Source of the DNA: a virus
Lineage: Duplodnaviria; Caudoviricetes
Strand: one strand, 5' to 3'
Virus record (IMG/VR): IMGVR_UViG_3300037423_000800
Span: 1 to 40,419 of that record
DNA length: 40,419 bases
Below, piece by piece: positions 9,126-16,945 of this stretch. Each line of letters opens with the position of its first letter. The first letter of the stretch is position 1. Both the position numbers and the translations under genes were made by a program. Under the pieces are notes generated by a model. That model had not been told where the DNA came from and searched no databases. It worked only from the letters and a program-made list of their open reading frames with translations.

Positions 9126-10976
9126 GTGGGTATCCGCCATTCCTACACCGCGACAGGTTCGAACAACCCGAACCGGCAAGTCTCGGTCGATAGGTGGAAC
9201 GAAGCGCACACCCTCGACGGCACGCCGGGAATGCTCCTCGGCGCGGATGGGGCTGAGATCGATCCGACGACAGTCGGGGTCGGCGGTCTCAACGCCAAGT
9301 CGTTCGGCATGGTGGGCGATGGAACAACCGACAACCTCGCCGCGTGGGCTGCAATCACGGCCTATTTCAGCTCTCTCCCCTCGACCGGATATTGGGACGC
9401 CTTCAACGGAACCTACAGGCCATTTCCCAAGCTGTTCATTCCGATTGGAAATTACTATTTCTCCGCGCCTTGCGAACTCGACGGCGGGCAGTGGGACATC
9501 GAGTGCGAGGGCAACTGCGGCCAAGGCAACGGCGGCATGGGCGTTACCTTCACCTTCGCAGCTGGAAACGATGGCGTTGTCGTTCAGAGCTGGAATACCA
9601 CTGGGGTCAACGGCTCAAAGACTACTCGCGCACAAACCTACAACGCGCAGGGTTCTCGCATTCGTGGCCTTACCGTAAGGTCCCTTGGTGCGGGTTCGTA
9701 TTCGAGCGCATGTGGCTTTTACACGCGGGCAATCGCCCATCTTGAATATTGCCACGCGGTCGGATTCCCGAGCCACGGATTTGCTGGGATTGGCTCGCTT
9801 GGCGCTGGTGGGTCGTCCGAGGGCCAAGTCAGCGGAACGTCATACTTCCAGTGCTCGTCCTCCAACAACGGCGGACACGGCTTCTTCTTCGACGGGGCCG
9901 ATGCGAACTCCTGCACCATAGTAAAATGCGATAGCCGGTCCAACGGCCAATACGGGTTCATGGATAGCTCGTTCCTCGGCAACTACTATTTTGGCTGCGC
10001 GGCGTCGAGCAATGGCTGGGATGGCGCAGCGGCTAGCGGCATTCCCACCGCCTGCACCTATCTCGGCAATCGCTACTATGTGAAGCGCGGACAGGCTGCC
10101 GGAGCCTCCACCAACGCTCCCTCGGGAACGACCGCCGACAATACATGGTGGGGCTATGTCAGTGCCGGTGGAACCTTTAGCGGCATTGTCGCGTGGGTCA
10201 GCGGAACGACCTTCCAGGAGGGCGGCTCCTACTCGACCGACGACGCCAACGCATCATCCGTTTTCAGCGCCTGCTATGCGGAGAGTGACCAGAACCCAGC
10301 GCAGATCATTCCTCCGTCGCTCATCATAGGCGGGCAGCTATCAATCAGCACTGCGGGTACTCTTGCCTGTTCCATCCGAACCGATACGAGCGGCTCTCCG
10401 ATATTGGGATACAAGCACGGCTCGGCGGATTCCACCATCGAGCTTGCCAACAGCAACGTATCCTCGATCATCCGGTTCGCGCGCTATACCAACGGCGGCG
10501 CAACGCAGAATATCGACGCCAAAATCTGGACCGCAACCGGCCAGCTCATCCTCGACCATGTTGGCGGATCGAAGATCGCCTTCCGTCTCGCGCAGGCCGA
10601 GAAAATGTCCCTCACGACATCGGGGCTGCTCATCAGCGCGCTGGGCTACGGATTGGGGTTCTCCACCGGGGCTGGTACCGCCGTCACTCAGGCGACCAGC
10701 AGGACGACCGGCGTCATCGCAAACGCATCTTGCGGCGCGATCACGCTGGTTTCATCGGCAGGTTCAACCTCGTGGCAATCGTTCACCGTCACGAACAGCG
10801 CCGTTGCCGCAACCGATACGGTGCGAGTGTGCCAGAAGTCGGGGACGGACAAATATATGATCCACGTCACCAAGGTTGCGGCGGGTTCGTTCGAGATCAC
10901 TTTCGCCACGACTGGCGGAACCACGATCGAACAGCCGGTGTTCAATTTCTCAGTGATTAAGGCTGTGGCCGCCTAG
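9126..10976 (+). CDS. Tailspike / beta-helix depolymerase-like receptor-binding protein
   Basis: NAKSFGMVGDGTTDN (pectate_lyase_3-type start), LFIP.G.Y, repeated N..HGF/N..YGF beta-helix rungs. Confidence 0.8.
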   Translation: MGIRHSYTATGSNNPNRQVSVDRWNEAHTLDGTPGMLLGADGAEIDPTTVGVGGLNAKSFGMVGDGTTDNLAAWAAITAYFSSLPSTGYWDAFNGTYRPFPKLFIPIGNYYFSAPCELDGGQWDIECEGNCGQGNGGMGVTFTFAAGNDGVVVQSWNTTGVNGSKTTRAQTYNAQGSRIRGLTVRSLGAGSYSSACGFYTRAIAHLEYCHAVGFPSHGFAGIGSLGAGGSSEGQVSGTSYFQCSSSNNGGHGFFFDGADANSCTIVKCDSRSNGQYGFMDSSFLGNYYFGCAASSNGWDGAAASGIPTACTYLGNRYYVKRGQAAGASTNAPSGTTADNTWWGYVSAGGTFSGIVAWVSGTTFQEGGSYSTDDANASSVFSACYAESDQNPAQIIPPSLIIGGQLSISTAGTLACSIRTDTSGSPILGYKHGSADSTIELANSNVSSIIRFARYTNGGATQNIDAKIWTATGQLILDHVGGSKIAFRLAQAEKMSLTTSGLLISALGYGLGFSTGAGTAVTQATSRTTGVIANASCGAITLVSSAGSTSWQSFTVTNSAVAATDTVRVCQKSGTDKYMIHVTKVAAGSFEITFATTGGTTIEQPVFNFSVIKAVAA

Positions 10977-11131
10977 CTGTTCTGGACCGCCCTCGCCGCA
11001 ACGATCATAAACAGGGCAATTCCCAATAGCACCACGACCGGCCAACCCAGCGCTACCTTGAACCTGTGCCGCCGATTGGTGAGCGCAAACAGGATCACTC
11101 CGAGGACGTAAACCGAGGCGAGCCAGATCAT
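10973..11131 (-). CDS. 52-aa two-TM membrane protein (not in ORF track)
   Basis: MIWLASVYVLGVILFALTNRRHRFKVALGWPVVVLLGIALFMIVAARAVQNS; RBS GGAGGAG; ATGA overlap with upstream gene. Confidence 0.75.
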   Translation of the reverse strand: MIWLASVYVLGVILFALTNRRHRFKVALGWPVVVLLGIALFMIVAARAVQNS

Positions 11132-11352
11132 AGGCTCCTCCGATAAACGTCCGCCGCGCTTGGCCCCTTCCCGTCAGAAGGCGAGGGTTGCTCGGCAAGT
11201 TCTGTCCAGTGCGTGGCATCGCCTAGCAGCGTGTCATCATCGCCCGACCACGTAAGATGCCCCAAGCCGTTGAGATAGGCGGGCATCACATATTTGCCGT
11301 TGCTGACCCACACCTCGCGATCCGGAGGAAGGGTCTCGATAGACTGCCACAT
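11128..11352 (-). CDS. DUF551-like phage protein
   Basis: WQSIETLP...V.V and THW..L...P motifs. Confidence 0.65.
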   Translation of the reverse strand: MWQSIETLPPDREVWVSNGKYVMPAYLNGLGHLTWSGDDDTLLGDATHWTELAEQPSPSDGKGPSAADVYRRSL

Positions 11353-11423
11353 ACGCGCCCCTTTTGGTTTCCGAGCAGAGGCAGGCCCTCCTTAGCGAAA
11401 GTTAGTGCGATGAGTAAAGCGCA

Positions 11424-11597
11424 ATGAATAGCCATCACGCCGCATTAGACACAGCGACGGGGCTGTTTGCCGCCGTTGCCGTATTCAGCTTCTGGCAGGG
11501 CATTGCGTTGGCCGTGACCATTATTGCCGCGCTGGTGTCCATCGCCTGCGGGCTCATCAGGTTGCATGACCGCCTCAGATATGGACCATCCAAATGA
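11424..11597 (+). CDS. 57-aa holin-like membrane protein (not in ORF track)
   Basis: MNSHHAALDTATGLFAAVAVFSFWQGIALAVTIIAALVSIACGLIRLHDRLRYGPSK; hydrophobic core, basic C-terminus; heads the lysis cassette. Confidence 0.6.
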   Translation: MNSHHAALDTATGLFAAVAVFSFWQGIALAVTIIAALVSIACGLIRLHDRLRYGPSK

Positions 11598-11695
11598 AGC
11601 GCAAAACCTACCGAGAGCACCTTGAGGATACGGTGAAAGAACCGATCCCCGAGGACATGAAGAAACTGCTGGAAAAGCTGGAATGGCCCCGCTGA
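11594..11695 (+). CDS. 33-aa NepR-like anti-sigma-factor microprotein (not in ORF track)
   Basis: MKRKTYREHLEDTVKEPIPEDMKKLLEKLEWPR; ATGA coupling to upstream gene; R..L..TV.EPIPEDM..LL.KL matches the NepR two-helix core. Confidence 0.7.
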   Translation: MKRKTYREHLEDTVKEPIPEDMKKLLEKLEWPR

Positions 11696-11883
11696 CCGCA
11701 CGAGTGACAGCGACGGGAGCGTTCGCCCTCGCGCTGGTCAATCTCCTCTCGGCATGGGGTGTGCTTATCCCGGTGTACCTCAGTGCAACAGCGGTAACGC
11801 TGGTGAACGCGGCGGCACTAGCGGTTGCGGGGGCGTTCGTCGGAATCAAGCATCTGGTGGAGGGCAAGAGTGCCAATTCTTGA
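11683..11883 (+). CDS. Holin-like two-TM protein
   Basis: 66 aa, two hydrophobic segments, upstream of endolysin. Confidence 0.55.
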   Translation: MAPLTARVTATGAFALALVNLLSAWGVLIPVYLSATAVTLVNAAALAVAGAFVGIKHLVEGKSANS

Positions 11884-12106
11884 CCGCATAGAAGCCGCTG
11901 GCCGCGATGCGTGGCTGCGGTTCGTCAAATGGGTGAACGGGCTGTCCGCGTCGATCTTTGCTGCCGTGGGCGCCGCTTACGAAGCGCGACCCGATGCGGT
12001 GAAGGCGCTGCTACAGCAGGTTCCGGTGTGGGCGTATTTCCTCGCTGCGGTGCCGTTCTTTGCGCTGGTTAATCATGCCCTCAAGCGCGCCAAGAACGCC
12101 TCCTAA
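11870..12106 (+). CDS. Holin-like membrane protein
   Basis: GTG 11870 after GGAGGG; MPILDRIE...; two hydrophobic stretches; overlaps the endolysin start. Confidence 0.55.
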   Translation: MPILDRIEAAGRDAWLRFVKWVNGLSASIFAAVGAAYEARPDAVKALLQQVPVWAYFLAAVPFFALVNHALKRAKNAS

Positions 12107-12578
12107 AACACCGGCGCTGATTGCCGCCGCAGTCCTGCTGGCAACACCGCTGACAACCGCGTTCGAGGGGCTAAGGCTGAAGCCGTACAAAGACCCCGGC
12201 GATGGTCGCCCGACTGTCTGTTATGGTGAAACCGAGCGCCCGATGCGGACCTATACCGCAGACGAGTGCAAGATACTTCTCGGGGCAAGACAGGCGAGTG
12301 ACTACGCTCCCGCTGTATTGAAGTGTGTTCCCGAGATCGGAACGAAGTCCAACGCTTTCGCTGCATCAATCGACTTCGCTTACAATGCGGGGACTAAGGC
12401 GTTCTGCGCTTCACCGATGGCAAGGCGGTTCAACGCTGGCGATTGGGCTGGCGGCTGCAATGCCTTCAGGGGCTACTTCATTACGGCCAAAGGCAAAACC
12501 CTAAAGGGTCTAGTACGGAGGCGAGAGGCCGAGGCGGCTCTATGCCTGCGCGTAGCAACTCAAACTGCCGCCGCGTAA
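12075..12578 (+). CDS. Endolysin, GH24 phage lysozyme, probable SAR type
   Basis: FEGLRLKPYKD....PTVCYGET catalytic region, FAYNAG, GLVRRREAE; Ala-rich weakly hydrophobic N-terminus. Confidence 0.92.
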   Translation: MPSSAPRTPPKTPALIAAAVLLATPLTTAFEGLRLKPYKDPGDGRPTVCYGETERPMRTYTADECKILLGARQASDYAPAVLKCVPEIGTKSNAFAASIDFAYNAGTKAFCASPMARRFNAGDWAGGCNAFRGYFITAKGKTLKGLVRRREAEAALCLRVATQTAAA

Positions 12579-12684
12579 TCTCGGCAATCTGCTCTTCAGA
12601 CGCTTGCTGCAAGCCGTCGCCAATGTAGGCCAGCAGCTCCTCTTCGGTGCAGTTTCGATACCCGTTCAAGTCGCCATCCGCCAT
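12481..12684 (-). CDS. Counter-oriented small acidic protein (moron)
   Basis: Explains the gap between endolysin and protease; TTGGCA-N17-TAGTCA promoter 6 nt before ATG; 3' end overlaps endolysin. Confidence 0.55.
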   Translation of the reverse strand: MADGDLNGYRNCTEEELLAYIGDGLQQASEEQIAEITRRQFELLRAGIEPPRPLASVLDPLGFCLWP

Positions 12685-12690
12685 GTGCTC

Positions 12691-12719
12691 TGACTAGCAC
12701 AAATCAAGGACATTGCCAA
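12691..12719 (-). promoter_or_regulatory. Putative sigma70 promoter for the 12684 gene (leaderless geometry)
   Basis: TTGGCA (12719-12714), 17-nt spacer, GC-TAGTCA (12696-12691). Confidence 0.55.
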
Positions 12720-13309
12720 TGTTTCTCCGCTCCGCGCTGGTAGCCACGGCCCTTCTTGTGCCTACGCCAATATCCCCAGCGTCAATGACGGGGCTTGTCG
12801 TGATCTCCCCAGATGCGATCCCGGAGGTGATCTGTCCGGGCAGCGATTACACGAGCGCGGGGTCTGCCTTTCGCGTCGGCCCTGACGGCCTCCTGCTGAG
12901 CGTGAACCACGTAACCTCCGAGCACAACTGCGCCATCGACGGCAAGCCAATCAACATCGCCTACGCATCACCGACAGAGGACTTCTCCGAACTGCTTGGG
13001 GACGAGGGGCCGTACCTCCAGATCGACTGCGGCGGGTTCGTAGAAGGACGCAAATACATCGCGTTCGGCCATGCTCGTGGCGAGCCTCAGATTACCACGG
13101 TTGAACTCATCGGCACGGGCGCAATCGATGACGGTGAGGCGATCCTTGTCGGCATGATCCCGGTGATTCCTGGGATGTCAGGCGGTCCCATTGTCGATGC
13201 GGAAACGGGCCGCGTCGTCGGTACCGTGAACAAGGAAAACTTCGAGGCCGGTCTGAGCTGGTCCGTCCAACTCAAAGACACTCCCATCTGCAAAAAGGGC
13301 ATCGCATGA
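12719..13309 (+). CDS. Exported trypsin-like (S1) serine protease
   Basis: GSAF..., LLSVNHV (His), ED (Asp candidate), PGMSGGP (Ser), GRVVG; N-terminal signal peptide; RBS AAGGA. Confidence 0.85.
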   Translation: MFLRSALVATALLVPTPISPASMTGLVVISPDAIPEVICPGSDYTSAGSAFRVGPDGLLLSVNHVTSEHNCAIDGKPINIAYASPTEDFSELLGDEGPYLQIDCGGFVEGRKYIAFGHARGEPQITTVELIGTGAIDDGEAILVGMIPVIPGMSGGPIVDAETGRVVGTVNKENFEAGLSWSVQLKDTPICKKGIA

Positions 13310-13461
13310 CAGCGTGGCTACCTTTCATCTTCTACATTTGGTTCGTCGGCGGCCTAATTGTCGTGGCGAACACCTCTGATATCGGCACGGCGCTCGCGTG
13401 GCCGCTCATCGTGGCAATCAAAGCGGCCAAGGCAATCCGCAATTCCGTGAGGGCAGCATGA
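13306..13461 (+). CDS. 51-aa membrane protein (not in ORF track)
   Basis: MTAWLPFIFYIWFVGGLIVVANTSDIGTALAWPLIVAIKAAKAIRNSVRAA; ATGA overlaps at both ends. Confidence 0.7.
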   Translation: MTAWLPFIFYIWFVGGLIVVANTSDIGTALAWPLIVAIKAAKAIRNSVRAA

Positions 13462-13964
13462 TCTTCCTCCGCCTGCTCGGCCCGTTCGGCATTGCCGGGG
13501 CCGCGATCTCGCTCATCCTCGGCGTCCTGCTCGGCGTCCAGAAGATGGAAACGCGGCACTGGAAGAAGCAGGCCGACCAGTACGAGGCTCTTTACCACCA
13601 CGAACACGCGACCGTCCTCGGATTGGTCGAGGCGCAGGAAGAGGCGAAAGCCGACAACCAAGCGCAGGTCAGGAAAATCGAACAGCAATATCAGAGGAAT
13701 ACCGACGATGAACGCCAAGCGTACTTGCGCGATCTTGCTAAGCTGCGCGCTGATCGGATGCGCTCACAGGGAAAAGCCGCTCCAGGTAATCCCAACCCAG
13801 CCCCAACACCCGCAACTCCAGCCCCCGCCCCCGGAGCTGATGGAACTCGACTGTGTGTTCCTGCCGAGTCCGCCCTGTGTGAAGCGGGGGCCGAAATCGA
13901 ACTGAGGCTGATGCATCTCCAGAACCTTCTCGAGAAGCAATTGGCCATCAATCCAAACAATTAA
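13458..13964 (+). CDS. Rz: Inner-membrane spanin (Rz-like)
   Basis: N-terminal TM, coiled-coil body, Pro-rich hinge, two Cys; contains a nested lipoprotein gene. Confidence 0.8.
   Translation: MIFLRLLGPFGIAGAAISLILGVLLGVQKMETRHWKKQADQYEALYHHEHATVLGLVEAQEEAKADNQAQVRKIEQQYQRNTDDERQAYLRDLAKLRADRMRSQGKAAPGNPNPAPTPATPAPAPGADGTRLCVPAESALCEAGAEIELRLMHLQNLLEKQLAINPNN
13708..13905 (+). CDS. Rz1: Outer-membrane spanin lipoprotein (Rz1-like), fully nested in Rz
   Basis: RBS GAGGA; MNAKRTCAILLSCALIG|C lipobox; Pro-rich mature part; +1 frame inside Rz. Confidence 0.82.
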   Translation: MNAKRTCAILLSCALIGCAHREKPLQVIPTQPQHPQLQPPPPELMELDCVFLPSPPCVKRGPKSN

Positions 13965-14010
13965 GAACTACGGGAGCGCTCCGAAAAACCGGAGACGCGG
14001 GGACAACCAT

Positions 14011-14727
14011 GTGGAACCTCGTATCCTCGTCGTGGACATCGAAACGAAGCTCTTTGAGGGCTATCTGTTCGGCCTCCGCGATCAATATGTCCAGCACACC
14101 CAGGTCAAGGACGACTACGGCGGCCGCCTGATTCACATGGTCGGCATGAAGTGGGTCGGACAGCGCAAGACCACCGTGCTTACCGAGTGGGAGCATGGCT
14201 ATCAGGGAATGCTTGGCGGCATCCACGAAGCCATGTGCGCCGCCGATGCGCTGGTCGGCTATAACAACGTCATCTTCGATACGCCGAAGATCGAGGGCCA
14301 GTTCGCGCTTTCAGGCATGGAATTGCCGCCCAAGCCGACGCAGATCGACCTCTACAAGACCGTCCGCAAGATGGGCTTCATCAGCAGCAAGCTCGATTAC
14401 GTGGCCCCCCTGTTCGGCCTCGGCTGCAAGGTCAAGCATGACGGCCTTGCGATGTGGAAGGCGGCTGCTGAAGGGTGCCCCAAGGCCCGCGCCCGCATGG
14501 CTCGCTATTGCGCCGGGGACGTGAGGCTTACCGAGGAGCTGTATCACAAGCTAAAGCCGTATATCAGAAACTTTCCCCGCCTCCGCAGCGGCGGAACGTG
14601 CGGCACCTGCCAATCCGATAACGTCCAGAGGCGCGGATACAACTATAGCCGCCACTTCAAGACCGAGCGCATATTCTGCCTTGATTGCCTATCCTGGACG
14701 ACCGGCAAGCGAGTGGTCGCGAAATGA
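14011..14727 (+). CDS. RNase H-like (DEDD / RNase_H_2) exonuclease with C-terminal Zn ribbon
   Basis: ILVVDIET, VGYN...FD, IDLYK, KLDYVA, YC.GDV motifs; CGTC...CLDC. Confidence 0.85.
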   Translation: MEPRILVVDIETKLFEGYLFGLRDQYVQHTQVKDDYGGRLIHMVGMKWVGQRKTTVLTEWEHGYQGMLGGIHEAMCAADALVGYNNVIFDTPKIEGQFALSGMELPPKPTQIDLYKTVRKMGFISSKLDYVAPLFGLGCKVKHDGLAMWKAAAEGCPKARARMARYCAGDVRLTEELYHKLKPYIRNFPRLRSGGTCGTCQSDNVQRRGYNYSRHFKTERIFCLDCLSWTTGKRVVAK

Positions 14728-14770
14728 TCCGTAAAATTATACGCCACTCCGCATATACCGGGGTATACTC

Positions 14771-15013
14771 ATGAAGAAACTGGAGATCACCCGAGGCAAG
14801 GTGCGTCTCTATTTCGATCCCGAAACCGCCTTCATCAGAATGGACTCAGGAGGTGGAGGATATTCGATGGAGCTGACCCCGGAAGATATGCTCAAGCTAT
14901 CGGGATTCATCCTTGGTAGCCTTAAGATGCGTGGTACAAAACCTCGGACATCCGCTAAAGTATCCGAGGTTAACGCGTGTCGGCGCTCAACAGGCTTAAG
15001 TCTAAGCGTGTAA
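14771..15013 (+). CDS. Hypothetical protein (lower-GC, attP-proximal)
   Basis: 80-aa ORF; no motif recognised. Confidence 0.45.
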   Translation: MKKLEITRGKVRLYFDPETAFIRMDSGGGGYSMELTPEDMLKLSGFILGSLKMRGTKPRTSAKVSEVNACRRSTGLSLSV

Positions 15014-15179
15014 TTGGCCGCGTTTCGCAGATCGGTTGCGCGCGAACCAAAACATCGTCACTCAGTGTTGCGGCATAACGCGCAGTTTCCTCACTGTCAT
15101 AGACGCCGGGCAACCAAGTTCCGTTCTCAGAAACGACATAATCACCTGTATGGGTGCAATACGTTCTGACCTCAGACAT
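14970..15179 (-). CDS. Hypothetical protein (attP-proximal)
   Basis: ATG 15179 after GGAG; MSEVRTYCTHTGDYVVSENGTWLPGVYDS. Confidence 0.5.
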   Translation of the reverse strand: MSEVRTYCTHTGDYVVSENGTWLPGVYDSEETARYAATLSDDVLVRAQPICETRPITRLDLSLLSADTR

Positions 15180-15416
15180 TTTTAGAGCTCCAAAATCAAT
15201 CATCAGTGGGTATCTGTTGTTGGGCGAGTGCCCCCAGAGCTGCAATTGCTGCGCGGGCTGCGGTTTCGTAAAGCTCGCGCTCGTCACGGTGCAGCCTGTC
15301 CCATTGCACGATAAACGAATTGCCCGGCGTTCACCGCGTCGGCCATTGCTCGCGCCACATGTTCCAGCATCTCCTCACTCGTCATTGGCCTGTCCTTTTT
15401 TAAGATGCGGAATGGT

Positions 15417-15437
15417 TGACACGAAACTGACACGAAA
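15417..15437 (+). promoter_or_regulatory. Integrase arm-type sites (tandem TGACACGAAA)
   Basis: Exact 10-mer at 15417-15426 and 15428-15437; third exact copy at 15640-15649 on the other side of the core. Confidence 0.7.
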
Positions 15438-15519
15438 ATCGGGTGGAGTTTCGCTTTGCTCCGCGTTTGTTCGTGCCGCGTTCTCTTCGCTGATATAGTC
15501 CACAGCGGCCATCTCCTCC

Positions 15520-15566
15520 CGTTTACACCGAGAGGGTCGGCGGTTCGAGCCCGTCACCGCCCACCA
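15520..15566 (+). other. attP core: 3' half of tRNA-Val(TAC), anticodon loop to CCA
   Basis: CG-TTTACAC-CGAGAGGGTCGGCGGTTCGAGCCCGTCACCGCCCACCA; no 5' half; 20 nt from integrase stop. Confidence 0.9.
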
Positions 15567-15586
15567 TCCCAAAAACCGCAGAAACC

Positions 15587-16795
15587 CTATACATTTTCGA
15601 GCTTCTTTGCAACCGAAATCGGCGTTCCGTAAGATGGCGTGACACGAAAGTGATTCGTGAGCCATTTGTTCGCTTCTGCACAAACCTCGTGCCAAATGGC
15701 GCTAAGTGCCTGTTTCACATGCGGAAGTCGCTCCGGATCGTACTTGGCGTAAACCTGGGTGATTCGGCTCTCGCTCGTATGCCCGAGCAGCCCCGCGATG
15801 TCCGTTAGTGACACGCCCCGGCGCCGCAGCTCCGTCGCTATCGTGTGGCGGATCGTCTTGGGCACAATCTCTGGCGGCAAATCCAACGCTTCGCGCATTG
15901 TGCGCCACCATGTTTTCCGGCTCTTGACTTTGGCGTGAGGGGAGTCTGCCCACGCTTCGAGCCAAGGCCGGAACTCGTCTATTACCGGGACCACCGCGTT
16001 CCGCTTCTTTGTGCGTGGCGCCCCCGCAGGGTGCGTGTCAAACACTGCTCCGCGCCCTTTCCACTGCTCCGCGACGTTCCACTTCAGGATCGCGTCCGGG
16101 CGGCAAGCGGTGGCAATCATCGCCAGCACCCACCGCAGCGCCTCAATATCGTAGGCCGCGTATCCCACAATCGAGCCAAGCTGCTCGACCGTCAGCCGCA
16201 CGTCTCTCGGCGGCGATCTGTGCTCAGTGGGCACGGCGGGAACCTTTGGCGCGTAGGGAATGCGCCCCTCCGACACGGCGTGGTTGAACGCCGCTCTCAC
16301 ATCGTCAAAGCTGCGCTGTACCGCCTCTCCGCTGACGCCTTTTGATGTGTGCCGGTAAATCTCCCCTTGCCACTCAATCTCGTAGCTGTGTGGCTGCATC
16401 CTCCAGCGCATGAACCTCCGGAACACTTCCGGCTTCATGTCCGCGATGGTCGCCGCAAGCGTCACGGTGTCCCTGTCGAGGAAGGCGAGGAATACCCGCA
16501 GCGAATTAGCCGTGGCTGCGGAATTGATCCTGGTTCGCCCGTGCTCGCGCCAGTATTGTACGATGGCGGTAGCCACCAAAGCAGCAGATGGCTCCTGCCG
16601 ACCGTCTGCCAAGTCGTTTGCATGATGGGCGAGGATGACGGGGATTGCATCGTCTAGCGTCCGGCAACCGCTGCTCTTGCTGCGAGTAACCTTTGCTCGT
16701 TCGTCGTACCACCTGATCTGGAGGAATGGCGATTGCTCGCGGGCGGCAAGCCAGAAGCGCCCGACAGTGTAGAGCCGCTTTTCCTGCCTGCCCAT
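15587..16795 (-). CDS. int: Tyrosine recombinase / integrase
   Basis: Catalytic R (TACR), K..RH (KTIRHT), H (LLGH), Y (QVYAKY); adjacent attP. Confidence 0.93.
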   Translation of the reverse strand: MGRQEKRLYTVGRFWLAAREQSPFLQIRWYDERAKVTRSKSSGCRTLDDAIPVILAHHANDLADGRQEPSAALVATAIVQYWREHGRTRINSAATANSLRVFLAFLDRDTVTLAATIADMKPEVFRRFMRWRMQPHSYEIEWQGEIYRHTSKGVSGEAVQRSFDDVRAAFNHAVSEGRIPYAPKVPAVPTEHRSPPRDVRLTVEQLGSIVGYAAYDIEALRWVLAMIATACRPDAILKWNVAEQWKGRGAVFDTHPAGAPRTKKRNAVVPVIDEFRPWLEAWADSPHAKVKSRKTWWRTMREALDLPPEIVPKTIRHTIATELRRRGVSLTDIAGLLGHTSESRITQVYAKYDPERLPHVKQALSAIWHEVCAEANKWLTNHFRVTPSYGTPISVAKKLENV

Positions 16796-16944
16796 TTGAC
16801 ACTAAGCTCCTCGGCTTCCCGCTGTAGAAGAATATCCATTACGCCCCACTCGCCAAGCTGGCGCAGCTCGTCGGCGCTGAAATGCGTTCCGGTGTCGTTG
16901 CGGATCGCTCGCCGGAACTTGTTGGCAAGATGCTCGGCGCTCAC
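16654..16944 (-). CDS. Small protein overlapping the int 5' end (excisionase position)
   Basis: RBS AGGAGG before GTG; 142-nt overlap with int; function inferred from position only. Confidence 0.5.
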   Translation of the reverse strand: MSAEHLANKFRRAIRNDTGTHFSADELRQLGEWGVMDILLQREAEELSVKWAGRKSGSTLSGASGLPPASNRHSSRSGGTTNEQRLLAARAAVAGR

Positions 16945-16945
16945 G

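Noticed and set aside
7288-10976. Diversity-generating retroelement or invertible fibre cassette
   Set aside because: No reverse transcriptase or invertase gene, and no template/variable repeat pair noticed
15495-15566. Complete tRNA-Val gene
   Set aside because: No 5' acceptor strand or D-arm upstream of the anticodon loop; it is the att core
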